Of a stretch of 64,000 nt of DNA, positions 50,172-59,841 are shown one piece after another. The stretch comes from Steroidobacteraceae bacterium (GTDB taxonomy: Bacteria; Pseudomonadota; Gammaproteobacteria; Steroidobacterales; Steroidobacteraceae), in contig DATMPW010000073.1 in NCBI GenBank assembly GCA_035566915.1, forward strand, positions 20,440 to 84,439. Direction: 5' to 3'. The translations under genes and the position numbers were made by a program. The notes beneath the pieces are model-generated. The model worked only from the letters and a program-made list of their open reading frames with translations. It did not search any database and was not told the DNA's origin. The stretch's first letter is position 1, and every line of letters starts with the position of its first letter.

Positions 50172-50780
50172 CTAGTGGGCGCGCGCCCGCTGGAACTTGT
50201 ATTCACCGACGGTGAGTGCACCAGCCTCGAACTTGGCCTGCGGCACTACGCCGCCGCCAGTGCCGTCCGGACAGGCCTTCGGATCGTGGGTCGCCACGAA
50301 GCCTTCGTCCTTCTTCTTCCACAGCAGCTGACAGGCTTCGGTCTGAACGTCCTCGATCACTACGCTGGTGAACATGTCCTTGTTCTGTTGCCCATCGCGC
50401 CAGCGCAGCGGCTCGGCGAACTCATACAGCGTCTCGACGATGCCGCGCTTCTCGTCGACCGTGAAGGAATACATTTTCTGACTGAGGACCCGCCGGGGAT
50501 CGTCCGCCGCTGTCTCCTGCGCGTAGTACACGTGATGGCCGACCCGCGGGGTGTACACGTGTGTAATGGTGAGTGCGACCGCATCGTGCGTGGGATTCAC
50601 GTGATTGCGCGCGTCCGCTTCCGCCTGGGCAGTGTTGTCGTAGCGGCCGGGCAGCACCGCGAGCAGCTCGCTCAGCTCGGCTTCGTGGACCTTGGTCTGA
50701 TCGGTGCAGCCGTGGAGCAGCAGCATCGCGAGCGCGAGTGCACCGGCGCGGACGGCGATGCAGCGGGCGATCTCAGCCAT
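50172..50780 (-). CDS. CpcT/CpeT-like (lipocalin-fold) lipoprotein
   Basis: ATG at 50780. The lipobox is LLLHGC. The LPGRYDNTAQAEAD...HHVYYAQE...MYSF pattern resembles the CpcT/DUF1001 family, recalled from memory. The start overlaps the upstream gene by 8 nt. Confidence 0.5.
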   Translation of the reverse strand: MAEIARCIAVRAGALALAMLLLHGCTDQTKVHEAELSELLAVLPGRYDNTAQAEADARNHVNPTHDAVALTITHVYTPRVGHHVYYAQETAADDPRRVLSQKMYSFTVDEKRGIVETLYEFAEPLRWRDGQQNKDMFTSVVIEDVQTEACQLLWKKKDEGFVATHDPKACPDGTGGGVVPQAKFEAGALTVGEYKFQRARAH

Positions 50781-51807
50781 ACGATGCCCGCCATTGCGCG
50801 CGGTACTTGAGGCCCAGGTCCATGAGCCGCTCCAGCAACTCACCGTACGGTGTGCCGGCCGCGCGCGCAGATTCGGCAAAATCCTCGGCAGTCTCCAGAT
50901 TCGGGTTGGCGTTGGCCTCGAGCACGTACACCTGCCCCTGCGGGGTCACGCGGAAGTCCATGCGAGCATAACCCGACATGCCGAGAGCCCGGTAGATGCG
51001 GCGCGAGAGACGGTCGAGCGCGGTCAGCACCTGCGACGGCAGGTCCAGCGCAGCGTGCGTGGTGATGCCGTACTTCGTCTGGTAGCGCTTGTCCCACTTC
51101 ACCTTGCGGGTGGCGATAGCCGCGAGCGAGTCGGGCATCGAGCCGAATACCATCTCCCACACGGGCAGCCTCGTGAGCCGCTCGTTGCCCATGATGCCGA
51201 CGTACAGCTCGCGCCCCTCGATGTATTCCTCCACCAGTGCATCGGACTTCACCTGCTCGTGCACGAAGGCGATGCGCTCCTTCAGCCGCACCGCGTCCTC
51301 GACCACGGACGCCTGCGCGATACCGAGCGAGGCATCCTCCACCGTCGACTTCACGAACAGCGGGAACCGCAGCTTGCGCGGCACGTGGAAACGCGCGCCG
51401 CGACGGAGCACGGCGAATTGGGGCGTAGCAATGCGGTGAAAGCTGAGCAGCTGCTTGCACAGCGATTTGTCGCGCGACAGCAGCAGCCCGCGTGGGTTGC
51501 AGCCCGTGTAGGGCTGACGCATTAGCTCGAGGAATGCCACGACGTGCTGATCGTAGGTGACGATGCCGTCGAATTCCTCCAGCAGATTGAAAACGATGTC
51601 CGGTTCCCAGTCGGCAATCGCGCTGCGCAGCTCCGTCAGGCTGTCGAGCACACCGAGGCAGCGCACCTCATGGCCGAGCTCGCGCAGGTTGCTGGTGACG
51701 TCATACTCGGTGCGCCACTCCTCGATCTCCTTTTCGTCGCGCCCTTCGAGGCTCTCCGGCGGCACCAGGCTCGCGTGCACCACGACGAGCGAGCGCAGCC
51801 GCCTCAT
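50773..51807 (-). CDS. ATP-grasp enzyme, D-alanine-D-alanine ligase-like family
   Basis: A pre-ATP-grasp N-domain is followed by KSLCKQLL...FPLFVKSTVEDASLGI...VEEYIEGRELYVGI...GYARMDFRV...VYVLEANANP, which includes the Mg-binding E-x-N. Confidence 0.8.
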   Translation of the reverse strand: MRRLRSLVVVHASLVPPESLEGRDEKEIEEWRTEYDVTSNLRELGHEVRCLGVLDSLTELRSAIADWEPDIVFNLLEEFDGIVTYDQHVVAFLELMRQPYTGCNPRGLLLSRDKSLCKQLLSFHRIATPQFAVLRRGARFHVPRKLRFPLFVKSTVEDASLGIAQASVVEDAVRLKERIAFVHEQVKSDALVEEYIEGRELYVGIMGNERLTRLPVWEMVFGSMPDSLAAIATRKVKWDKRYQTKYGITTHAALDLPSQVLTALDRLSRRIYRALGMSGYARMDFRVTPQGQVYVLEANANPNLETAEDFAESARAAGTPYGELLERLMDLGLKYRAQWRASYG

Positions 51808-52904
51808 AAGGGCAAGTGAGGAGTCTCGCCCTGGGAATACACCGCGGTGAGCCGCTCGACCATCCAGCGTGAGTAGCGCAGCGCATCGCGGCGGTTGCCG
51901 CGCACGTGCAGCCGCAGCTCCGCACTGCGCTCGATCAGCATGTGCAGCACCTGCTTGACGCTGTAGCGATCGCTGCCGAGCGCCCGGACGACGCTCGCGG
52001 TGAGTGCGCGCGCATGTGTCCGCAGGAGTGTGGTGGCGCGCGACGCGCCGCGTCGCGCCGGTTGTGTCGTGAAAGCACGCTGCAGCAGCTCATCGGCGAG
52101 GCCACGCCGGATCAGACGGTTGCGCGCAAGCTTGCGCCGATAATGCTGCGCCAGAGTGCGCCGATTGTGCTCGAGCGGCTCGATGCGCAGGCGGTTGCGC
52201 ACCGGCGCGCGCCGGTCACGCACGCTCGCTACGAGCTCATCGACCGCTCGCAGCTTGTGCAATGCCGGCCAGTCGGCGTAGTTCTTGCGCCAACCCGACT
52301 TGGGCGCGAGCCACACCGCGAATGTTTCGGCAAAGTCCTCAGTGGGGTGCGCCTGTGCATACCACTCGCCGAGATGATGCACGTAGCGCCGGCTGCCGGC
52401 ACGCGCGCGGTAGCGTGCCGGGTACGGCCGCGAGGCGGGTCCAAACACCTCACGCCAGCGGCGTCGCCTTCGCAGACGGTAAGCGTTGTCGAGAGCGTGC
52501 CCCGCCTCGTGGCGCAGAATGCGCAGCAGAAGCCGCGAGTCACCGCCCTCGGCCTCGCCCATGATGCGCCGCTCGAGCCGCTCGAGCCGGGGATGGGCGA
52601 GATAGAACGGCACGGCGATTCCGGGCACGCCGTCCGGAGAGAACCACTCCTCCGACAGCCACACGTGCGGGCGCAGCGACAGCCCGCGCCGCGCCAGGTC
52701 CGCGTACAGCCGCCGTATGTGAGGCGCAACCGCCGAGCGTTCGATGCAGAGCCGCAGATCGCAGAAGCGCGTGCGCAGCAGCTCTTCGTCGGTGAATCGA
52801 ACCCAGGGGCGAGTGCGGCGTGCGGGTGTGGCCGATGCGCGCGGGTAGCCGGCGGATGTGGAGCGCGCGGATGCGGGGCGCCTGGCGGCGCGTGGCAGCG
52901 GCAT
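51804..52904 (-). CDS. putative zinc metallopeptidase (HExxH)
   Basis: ILRHEAGHALDNAY (HExxH) is followed by a downstream EDFAETFAVW block. The stop overlaps the ATP-grasp start by 4 nt. The N-terminal about 30 codons are Arg-rich, so the true start is uncertain. Confidence 0.7.
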   Translation of the reverse strand: MPLPRAARRPASARSTSAGYPRASATPARRTRPWVRFTDEELLRTRFCDLRLCIERSAVAPHIRRLYADLARRGLSLRPHVWLSEEWFSPDGVPGIAVPFYLAHPRLERLERRIMGEAEGGDSRLLLRILRHEAGHALDNAYRLRRRRRWREVFGPASRPYPARYRARAGSRRYVHHLGEWYAQAHPTEDFAETFAVWLAPKSGWRKNYADWPALHKLRAVDELVASVRDRRAPVRNRLRIEPLEHNRRTLAQHYRRKLARNRLIRRGLADELLQRAFTTQPARRGASRATTLLRTHARALTASVVRALGSDRYSVKQVLHMLIERSAELRLHVRGNRRDALRYSRWMVERLTAVYSQGETPHLPL

Positions 52905-52982
52905 AGGCTCTGGACGAATACCCGGAGGGGAACAGCCGGAAAGCGAGCTTACCCAAGTGCCTGCGCCATGTCTGCGGGCTCG

Positions 52983-54449
52983 TTAAGCCCCGAGGCCGAG
53001 CAGCGCGTGCGTGAGCAGCCGGTCGGCGTAGCCCTCGAGCCCTTGCCTTTTCAGGAGGCTGTCGCGCCACAGGGCGGGTATGGCGTCCACGGAGTAGTGA
53101 GCTCCGGCGATTGCCCCGCAGACTGCGGCGACGACATCGCTGTTGCCGCCGAGGTTGGCGGCGGCCAGGACCGCTTCGCGGAAACTCACCGTGCAGTCGA
53201 AGCTCTCCAGCGCCGCAGCCAGTGCAGCGGGCGCGCTGAGCGGAGAAGCCTCGGCGGGAGGGTCGCCCGGCGTACGCGCTGCGGCCAGGATCGCGGACTT
53301 CGGCCGACCCGAGAGCGCCGCGTGCAGCGCCTGGGCGAGTGCGCGGCAGGAGCCGAGCACCAGGGGCGCCTGGCAGGTGGTGCGCGCGGCTTCGGCGGCC
53401 TGCTCGGCGGCCACCGTTGCGCCCTGCGCGAAGAAGTACATTGCGACGGGTGCGACCCGCGACAGGCTCTCCGGGTCCTTCACCGCCGGGTCATGAGTGC
53501 CGGCAAAGAGTTGCCTGCGCCACTGGGCCAATGCCAGCGCTCGCGCGGTGCCCGCTGTGATCCCAAGGCACTGACCGGTCGCGGACAGGTATCCCTCCTG
53601 CTGCCAGCGCCGATAGCGCGCCACCTGGTCATGGGCGTCGAATCCCTCGCGCTCGAGCAGGCTTTCGGCAAGGCAGAGCGCCATGGCGGTGTCATCGCTC
53701 CAGCCCCCGCGTGGGAGATCGAAGGGACCGCCCCCGAGCATGTCCCCGACGGGCGTGAAGCGACCCGGCCGGCGATATTGAGTCGCGGCCGCGACGGCAT
53801 CCCCGGTGGCGAGCCCGAGCAGTGTGCCCTGAAATCGCCCACGCAGCCCGCGAGCCGCGGCGAGCGTCGCGGGCTCGAGCAGGGGGTCCGATTCGGAAGC
53901 GCCGGGTGGCGTCCAGCGGCGCACGTACTCGATCTGTTCGTGGGTCTCCGGCACGGATGGCCAGACTCTTGAGCGCGCGCACTGCCGCCAAAGCCGATTG
54001 AGCTCGTCCAGGGCCTCGACACCCAAAAACCCCTGCTCCGCGAGCAGGCAGCCCGCCACCATGCCAGTGCGGCCGATTCCCGCACGGCAGTGCAGGTATA
54101 TGACGCGACCCTCGCGCAGAGCGCGGCGCACACATTCGAGGATCTCCACCATTTCCGTGGCGGCGGCTGGGGTACCGTGATCGAGTATGGAGCGGCGCAG
54201 GTACTGCACACCCGTCGGCAGCGCCGTTTCGTAGGAGACGATCTCCTGCGGCTGTGTCAGGTCGATGAAGCAGTCGATGCCCGCCTCGAGGAGCTGCGAG
54301 AGGCGCTCACGGGTGAGCTCGGCCGTTGCGCCGCCGGGATGTTCCCCCGCCAGCAGGCGGCCAGGCAGGACCCAGTATGAATTGGGCAGCGGTACTGCGA
54401 GGGCAGGCGCGGCGGGGGACAGGTTCACGGCATCGCTAGCGGGTTCCAC
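52983..54449 (-). CDS. fusion protein: dual-specificity/PTP-like phosphatase domain + ADP-ribosylglycohydrolase domain
   Basis: The N-terminal part has [16 protein letters not shown] and the CX5R P-loop [10 protein letters not shown]. The C-terminal part has [31 protein letters not shown] and [21 protein letters not shown], typical of ARH/DraG-family enzymes. Confidence 0.8.
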   Translation of the reverse strand: MEPASDAVNLSPAAPALAVPLPNSYWVLPGRLLAGEHPGGATAELTRERLSQLLEAGIDCFIDLTQPQEIVSYETALPTGVQYLRRSILDHGTPAAATEMVEILECVRRALREGRVIYLHCRAGIGRTGMVAGCLLAEQGFLGVEALDELNRLWRQCARSRVWPSVPETHEQIEYVRRWTPPGASESDPLLEPATLAAARGLRGRFQGTLLGLATGDAVAAATQYRRPGRFTPVGDMLGGGPFDLPRGGWSDDTAMALCLAESLLEREGFDAHDQVARYRRWQQEGYLSATGQCLGITAGTARALALAQWRRQLFAGTHDPAVKDPESLSRVAPVAMYFFAQGATVAAEQAAEAARTTCQAPLVLGSCRALAQALHAALSGRPKSAILAAARTPGDPPAEASPLSAPAALAAALESFDCTVSFREAVLAAANLGGNSDVVAAVCGAIAGAHYSVDAIPALWRDSLLKRQGLEGYADRLLTHALLGLGA

Positions 54450-55375
54450 GGCGAGCGGAATTTCGCCGGGTGCTCCAGCGCGCCGACTGTGTCCGCGAGT
54501 TCCTCCTCCTCCCGCTCACTCATGGCCGCGGCACGCCGCCTCTCGAGGCCTGCGAAGTCGAAGTGCCTCGCATCTGCGAGGTGCTCGAGCTCGACGTGGC
54601 GGAGCGCCGAGGCGATCGACTCGGTGCGGCCGGGAAATTCGCGCTCCCATTCGGCCAACATTTTCTTCACCGCCACGCGCTGCATGTTCTCCTGCGACCC
54701 GCACAAGCGGCAGGGAATGAGCGGAAACGCGCGGCCCCGCGCATAACGCGCGATGTCGCGCTCCGCCACGTACGCGAGCGGGCGAATGACGATGTGGCGG
54801 CCGTCATCGGAGAGCAGTTTCGGCGCCATTGCCTTCAGACGCCCGCCGAAGAACAGATTCAGGAACAGCGTCTCGACGATGTCGTCCCGGTGATGGCCGA
54901 GCGCGATCTTGGTGATGCCGTTCTCTGAGGCGAAGCGATAGAGCGCGCCGCGGCGCAGCCGCGAGCACAACCCACAGAGCGTGCTCCCCGCGGGAATGAC
55001 CCGTTTGACCACGCTGTAGGTGTCCTGCTCGATGATCCGGAACGGCACGCCAAGCCCGCGCAGGTACTCCGGCAGTACGTGCTCGGGGAATCCGGGCTGC
55101 TTCTGATCGAGGCTCACTGCCAGGAGCTCGAAGTCCACCGGGGCGCTGCGCCGCAGAGACAGCAGCAGGTCAAGCAGCGTGTACGAGTCCTTGCCACCGG
55201 AGAGGCACACCATCACCTTGTCGCCCGCGCCGATCATGCGGTAGTCGGCGATGCATCTGCCGACCGCGCCGCGAAGCTGCGCGGTGAGGCGCGTGAGGGT
55301 ACGGGAGGGCTTGGTCAAAGGCTCTTCAGGCCGCGGCGCTGCTGGCGGCTGTCTCGAGATACTTTGCCTCGACAT
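54425..55375 (-). CDS. ttcA: tRNA 2-thiocytidine(32) synthetase
   Basis: The PP-loop is [18 protein letters not shown]. The [10 protein letters not shown] and [20 protein letters not shown] blocks and the C-terminal CxxC (CRLCGSQ) are present. Confidence 0.9.
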   Translation of the reverse strand: MSRQSISRQPPAAPRPEEPLTKPSRTLTRLTAQLRGAVGRCIADYRMIGAGDKVMVCLSGGKDSYTLLDLLLSLRRSAPVDFELLAVSLDQKQPGFPEHVLPEYLRGLGVPFRIIEQDTYSVVKRVIPAGSTLCGLCSRLRRGALYRFASENGITKIALGHHRDDIVETLFLNLFFGGRLKAMAPKLLSDDGRHIVIRPLAYVAERDIARYARGRAFPLIPCRLCGSQENMQRVAVKKMLAEWEREFPGRTESIASALRHVELEHLADARHFDFAGLERRRAAAMSEREEEELADTVGALEHPAKFRSPWNPLAMP

Positions 55376-56855
55376 AGCGTATGAAGGAAGCGGCCGAGAG
55401 CGGCTTGCCGGTGGCGCTTTTCAGCAGCTCCTGCACCGGCACCTTCGCGCCGAGCCCATGCACGTGAGTGCGCAGCCACCCGAAAAGGCCCGAGAACTCG
55501 CCGCGGGCCAGCTGCTCATCGAGCCCCGGAAGCTCGGCTCGCAGGCTCTCGTAGAGCTGCGCGGCGATGGCGGCCCCGAGTGCATATGCGGGGAAGTAGC
55601 CGAAGGAGCCCACCGCCCAGTGAATGTCCTGAAGGCAGCCCTCGAGGTCGTTCGAGGGCCGGATCCCCAGCCTCTGCTCCATGCCGGCGTTCCAGGCTTG
55701 AGCGAGGTCGCGTACTGCGAGCTCACCGGAGAGCAGCTGCTTCTCGAGCTCGTAGCGCAGCATGATGTGCAGCGGGTAGGTGAGCTCGTCCGCGTCCACG
55801 CGGATCAGCCCGCGCTGCACGCGCGTGAGATGGCCGTACACGTTCTCGACCTCCCACTCCGGTCCGCTCGCGCCGAAGTGCTTGGCGAGCAGCGGCTGCA
55901 CGTAGCGCACGAACGGGCGACTGCGGCACACCATCATCTCGATGAGCAGTGACTGGCTCTCCTCAAGGGCCATGCCGCGGTCCTGCCCGACCGGCTGGTC
56001 TCGCCACTCGTGCGGAAGCCCGAGGTCATACATCGCGTGACCGGTCTCGTGCAGCGCCCCGAGGAGACCTGTGAACACCTCATCCGCATCGAAGCGGGTG
56101 GTGACGCGGATATCGCCGGGAACACCTTCCGTGAAGGGGTGCCCGCTCTCATCGAGCCGCCCGCGATCGAAGGGGAAACCGATGGCCTTCATCACCTCCA
56201 CGGCCAGCGCACGCTGCTTGGCCGAGGGGAACTTGCCGCTGAGCGGCAGCAGGGGCCGCCCCTCCTGCGCAACAATGGCCTCGCGGATCAGCGCGGGAAG
56301 GCGGCGCGAGAGCGCTTTGAACATCGCATCGATGTCGGCGGTCGTGAGGCCGGGACTGAACTCGTCCACGAGAGCATCGTAGGGCGCAAGATTCAGCGCC
56401 TGGCCAAGGAGCGCCGCTTTGTCGCGCACCAGGTGCACGACCTCTTCGAGGTAAGGCGCGAACGCCTCGAACTTGCCCTGCGCCCGCGCCTCGAGCCAAC
56501 GCGCCTCGGCGCGCGAGGCCGCTTTGGTGAGCCGGGAGACGAGCGTCGCAGGAGTCGCAATGGCGTGATCGCGCTGGCGGCGCATCTCGCGCAGGTTGGC
56601 GATCTGCCAGTCGGCGAGACCCTGCGTGTTGGCCTGAGCCCGGTCGAGCAAGCGAGTGATCCGGGGCGCAGTCAGCAGCGCGTGGTGCTCGGTCTCGAGC
56701 GCTGCCAGCTGCTCACCGCGGACGTCCGCGCTCCCACGCGGCATCATCACTGCCGCGTCCCAGCGCAGCAGTGCGAGCGCGCCGCGGAAGGCATGGAGGC
56801 GCTTGAACTCCTGCTCGAGCTGCTTGTAGGGGGAGGCAGACATGGGTCTCTTCAC
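55326..56855 (-). CDS. M32 carboxypeptidase (Taq-like)
   Basis: [11 protein letters not shown] (HExxH) is present, followed by [17 protein letters not shown] and [16 protein letters not shown] blocks. The start is either GTG at 56855 or ATG at 56843. Confidence 0.9.
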   Translation of the reverse strand: MKRPMSASPYKQLEQEFKRLHAFRGALALLRWDAAVMMPRGSADVRGEQLAALETEHHALLTAPRITRLLDRAQANTQGLADWQIANLREMRRQRDHAIATPATLVSRLTKAASRAEARWLEARAQGKFEAFAPYLEEVVHLVRDKAALLGQALNLAPYDALVDEFSPGLTTADIDAMFKALSRRLPALIREAIVAQEGRPLLPLSGKFPSAKQRALAVEVMKAIGFPFDRGRLDESGHPFTEGVPGDIRVTTRFDADEVFTGLLGALHETGHAMYDLGLPHEWRDQPVGQDRGMALEESQSLLIEMMVCRSRPFVRYVQPLLAKHFGASGPEWEVENVYGHLTRVQRGLIRVDADELTYPLHIMLRYELEKQLLSGELAVRDLAQAWNAGMEQRLGIRPSNDLEGCLQDIHWAVGSFGYFPAYALGAAIAAQLYESLRAELPGLDEQLARGEFSGLFGWLRTHVHGLGAKVPVQELLKSATGKPLSAASFIRYVEAKYLETAASSAAA

Positions 56856-56913
56856 GGGGCCGGGGGACGGACATAGTCTACCAGTTCCGTCGCCCTCCCG
56901 CCCGCGCCATAGG

Positions 56914-56940
56914 ACTAATTACTTATATAAATCAATTAGT
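56914..56940. promoter_or_regulatory. inverted repeat ACTAATT-N13-AATTAGT within a 55-bp AT-rich island (likely promoter/operator region of the M32 carboxypeptidase-ttcA gene string)
   Basis: Read directly from the sequence. This is the only strongly AT-rich stretch in this intergenic region, about 60-100 nt upstream of the carboxypeptidase start. Confidence 0.3.
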
Positions 56941-57118
56941 TATACAATATGACACGAATTTGACGGCGCGCAGACCTTGACGCGGCCCTCTCAAGGTGGC
57001 TCGAGAGGCGCGGCGCTTTGGGATCCCCGCAGATACTTCAGTCGTTGCTGAACTATTCGGGAAGGGTGTCGAGCACCGGCTCGTGTCTGGGGAGGAGCGA
57101 CCGTGGCTTGCCGTGATG

Positions 57119-58063
57119 TCATCTGATTGCGCGTGCGGCGGCGCCGACCGATGCGCCCGAGCCAGCTGCAGGGTGCAGGCTACGAAGCGAGGTCCAGGCG
57201 AGCATCGCGCGCTTGCGCGCTGCTCCCCAGCGGTAGCCGCCCAGGCTGCCGTCCTTGCGCAGCACGTTGTGGCACGGAATGAGCCAGGCAACCGGGTTTG
57301 CGCCGACGGCGTTGCCCACCGCCTGGGCGCCTCCTGCGACGCCCGCTGCGCACGCGAGGGCGCCGTAGGTCGTGGGACCGGCGGAGCCGAGCTCGAGCAA
57401 CGCCCGCCAGACTTTGATCTGGAAATTGGTGCCCCGCGCCGCGAGCTTCAGCGGCTCACGTTCACCTGAGTCGGCGGGCGCTCTCCCCCAGATGCGACGG
57501 GTAAGCTCGGCCGCCCCGGCATCGTCGCGATGTTGCCGCGCGTTAGGCCACAGGGTGTTCAGCTCATCGAGCGCGGCGGCCTGAATACCCGGCTCCACGA
57601 AGGCAAGGTGACTCAGACCCCGCGAGGTGCTCGCGAGGAGAGCGGTGCCGAAAGGCGTGTCGCTGAAGCCGTAGCTCATGTGCACGCCAGCGCCGCCCGT
57701 CTTCACTTCCCCGGGCGTGACGGCATCGAGTGTCACGAGGAGGTCGTGGAGCCGTCCGGGTCCAGACAGGCCGAGAGTGTAGGCCGTATCGAGCACCGAG
57801 GCGGGTCCAGCCAGTGCCTCGTGTGCGGCGTGGGAGGTGACGAAAGCCAGGTACTGGCGCGGCGTAACTCCGGCCCAGCGTCGGAACAGGCGATTGAAAT
57901 GAAACTCCGACAACCGCGCCGCGGCCGCGATCGTCGCAAGCCGCGGCTGCTCGCGAAAGTGCTCATCGATGTAGGCGATGGCGCGTGCCACGCGGGCGAA
58001 GTCGCGGCTGTCGACGAAGCCATCCGCTGTGCTGAGGTGCGCGTGGTTCATACGCGAGATCAT
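57119..58063 (-). CDS. AraC-type HTH / methylated-DNA-protein-cysteine methyltransferase fusion (Ada-like)
   Basis: The N-terminal AraC HTH is LSEFHFNRLFRRWAGVTPRQYL. The C-terminal MGMT domain has TNFQIKVWRALLEL..TTYG...AVGNAVGANPVAWLIPCHNVL...LGGYRWG. Confidence 0.85.
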   Translation of the reverse strand: MISRMNHAHLSTADGFVDSRDFARVARAIAYIDEHFREQPRLATIAAAARLSEFHFNRLFRRWAGVTPRQYLAFVTSHAAHEALAGPASVLDTAYTLGLSGPGRLHDLLVTLDAVTPGEVKTGGAGVHMSYGFSDTPFGTALLASTSRGLSHLAFVEPGIQAAALDELNTLWPNARQHRDDAGAAELTRRIWGRAPADSGEREPLKLAARGTNFQIKVWRALLELGSAGPTTYGALACAAGVAGGAQAVGNAVGANPVAWLIPCHNVLRKDGSLGGYRWGAARKRAMLAWTSLRSLHPAAGSGASVGAAARAIR

Positions 58064-58329
58064 AGTCAGGCAGGAGCCAGGGGCGACCCGATTCTTGCGC
58101 TCGGCCGTCCCGCGCAGCCTTCGCGGCAGCACCTTCGGTTACACTGCCCCTGGCGGCGATGCAGCCCCCGGCTACGGCTACGGCCACAGGTGGGGGTGCG
58201 GCCAGCGCGCAACGGCCACGCCCACGCCGATCGAAACAACGACCAGCAACGTGACCGTGAGCCCAATCAAGAGCCGCCGCATGGCGGCATCATAACCTGA
58301 CGATTGACACCCGAAATCGCGGTCCTTCC

Positions 58330-59796
58330 GTGCCAGAGAAGTTAGCGATCTGCATGCTCGCCTCGGAAGTGGAGCCACTCTCCAAGACCGGCGGGCTCGC
58401 GGATGTCGCGGGCGCGCTCACCCGTTACCTGCATGGGGCAGGTCACGAGGTGCGGCTGTTCTCCCCGGCTTACGACAGCATCGACCTTGCGGCGTGTTCC
58501 GCGCAGCCGGTTGCGGGACTCGCGCAGATCCCGCTCACCCTTGGACCGCGCACCTACGTCTTTTCCGTCCTGCGTGCCGCGCTGCCGCAGGGCGCCTCTG
58601 CCTACCTCATCGACTGTCCGGCGCTCTATGCGCGCGGGGCGATCTACACCTCCGATCCCGACGAGCACTTGCGCTTCCTCGTGCTCACGCGGGCGGCGCT
58701 CACCGCCTGTCAACGCCTGCGCTTCGCTCCGCAGATCATTCACTGTAACGACTGGCATACGGCGTTCGCGCCGCTCTATCTGCGCACCGCGTACGCGGAC
58801 GAGCCGCTCTTCGCACGCGCGCGCAGCGTGCTCACGATCCACAACATCGGCTACCAGGGTATCTTCCCCGCGGCGCAGGTGGCGGATCTCGGGCTCACGC
58901 CGCAAGCGCGGCGCCTGCTGTATGAGCCCGAGCTCGACGCCGGGCGCATCAATGCGCTGCGCCACGGCATTCTGTACGCCAACATCATCACTACCGTGAG
59001 CCCGACGCACGCGCGCGAGATCTGCAGCGACGCGTACGGCATGGGACTGCAGGACAGTCTGCGCGAGCGCGCGGCGCAGGGGGCGCTCGCGGGCATTCTC
59101 AACGGCGTCGACTACGATGAATGGGACCCGCGGCGCGATCGCTATCTGCCGTTGCACTACGACGTCGACAGTCTCGCCGTAAAAGCGCAGCTCAAGCACG
59201 AGCTCCTCGCGCGACGCCGCCTCGATGTTGCAGCGGGCGTGCCGCTTGCGGGCGTGGTGAGCCGCCTGGCCCTGCAAAAGGGTATCGAGCTGATGTTCGA
59301 CGCCCTGCCGCGCGTGCTCGATGCCCGAGCGTTGGCGCTCGTGGTGCTCGGGAGCGGGGAGCCGCAGTACGAGCAGTTCTTCAGCGATCTCGAGCGGCGC
59401 TTCAGCGAGCGTGTCAGTTATCAGCCCGGGTACCACGATGAGCTCGCCCACTGGATCGAGGCGGCGAGCGATATGTTCCTGATGCCCTCGCGCTACGAGC
59501 CGTGCGGTCTCAACCAGATGTACAGCCTGCGCTACGGTACGGTGCCGATCGTGCGACGCACCGGCGGGCTCGCCGACTCGGTCGAGCATTACGACCCCGC
59601 GAGTGGCCGGGGAACGGGAGTGGTGTTCAATGACTTCGACGCACCGGCGCTCGAGTGGGCGCTGAATACCGCGCTGGATCTCTACACGCTGCCTGCGCAG
59701 TGGACGCGCATGGTGCGCAACGGCATGCAATGCGACTTCTCCTGGCAGCGCCAGGGGGCGCGGTACCTCGAGCTGTACCGGCGGCTCACGGGGTGA
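58330..59796 (+). CDS. glgA: glycogen synthase (ADP-glucose type)
   Basis: SEVEPLSKTGGLADVAGAL is the KTGGL motif. The C-terminal blocks are PSRYEPCGLNQMYSLRYGTVPIVRRTGGLADSV. The start is GTG at 58330. Confidence 0.92.
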   Translation: MPEKLAICMLASEVEPLSKTGGLADVAGALTRYLHGAGHEVRLFSPAYDSIDLAACSAQPVAGLAQIPLTLGPRTYVFSVLRAALPQGASAYLIDCPALYARGAIYTSDPDEHLRFLVLTRAALTACQRLRFAPQIIHCNDWHTAFAPLYLRTAYADEPLFARARSVLTIHNIGYQGIFPAAQVADLGLTPQARRLLYEPELDAGRINALRHGILYANIITTVSPTHAREICSDAYGMGLQDSLRERAAQGALAGILNGVDYDEWDPRRDRYLPLHYDVDSLAVKAQLKHELLARRRLDVAAGVPLAGVVSRLALQKGIELMFDALPRVLDARALALVVLGSGEPQYEQFFSDLERRFSERVSYQPGYHDELAHWIEAASDMFLMPSRYEPCGLNQMYSLRYGTVPIVRRTGGLADSVEHYDPASGRGTGVVFNDFDAPALEWALNTALDLYTLPAQWTRMVRNGMQCDFSWQRQGARYLELYRRLTG

Positions 59797-59841
59797 ACGA
59801 GGCGTACTCGTCGAACCGAATCCGCCCGAGGCCTTCGCGCT

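Noticed and set aside
58178-58378. A small ORF between the ada-like gene and glgA, with an internal 34-aa hydrophobic peptide MRRLLIGLTVTLLVVVSIGVGVAVARWPHPHLWP starting at 58282.
   Set aside because: There is no SD and it is very short. It lies in the divergent promoter region, so hydrophobicity alone is not sufficient evidence. It remains possible as a small membrane protein but is unsupported.
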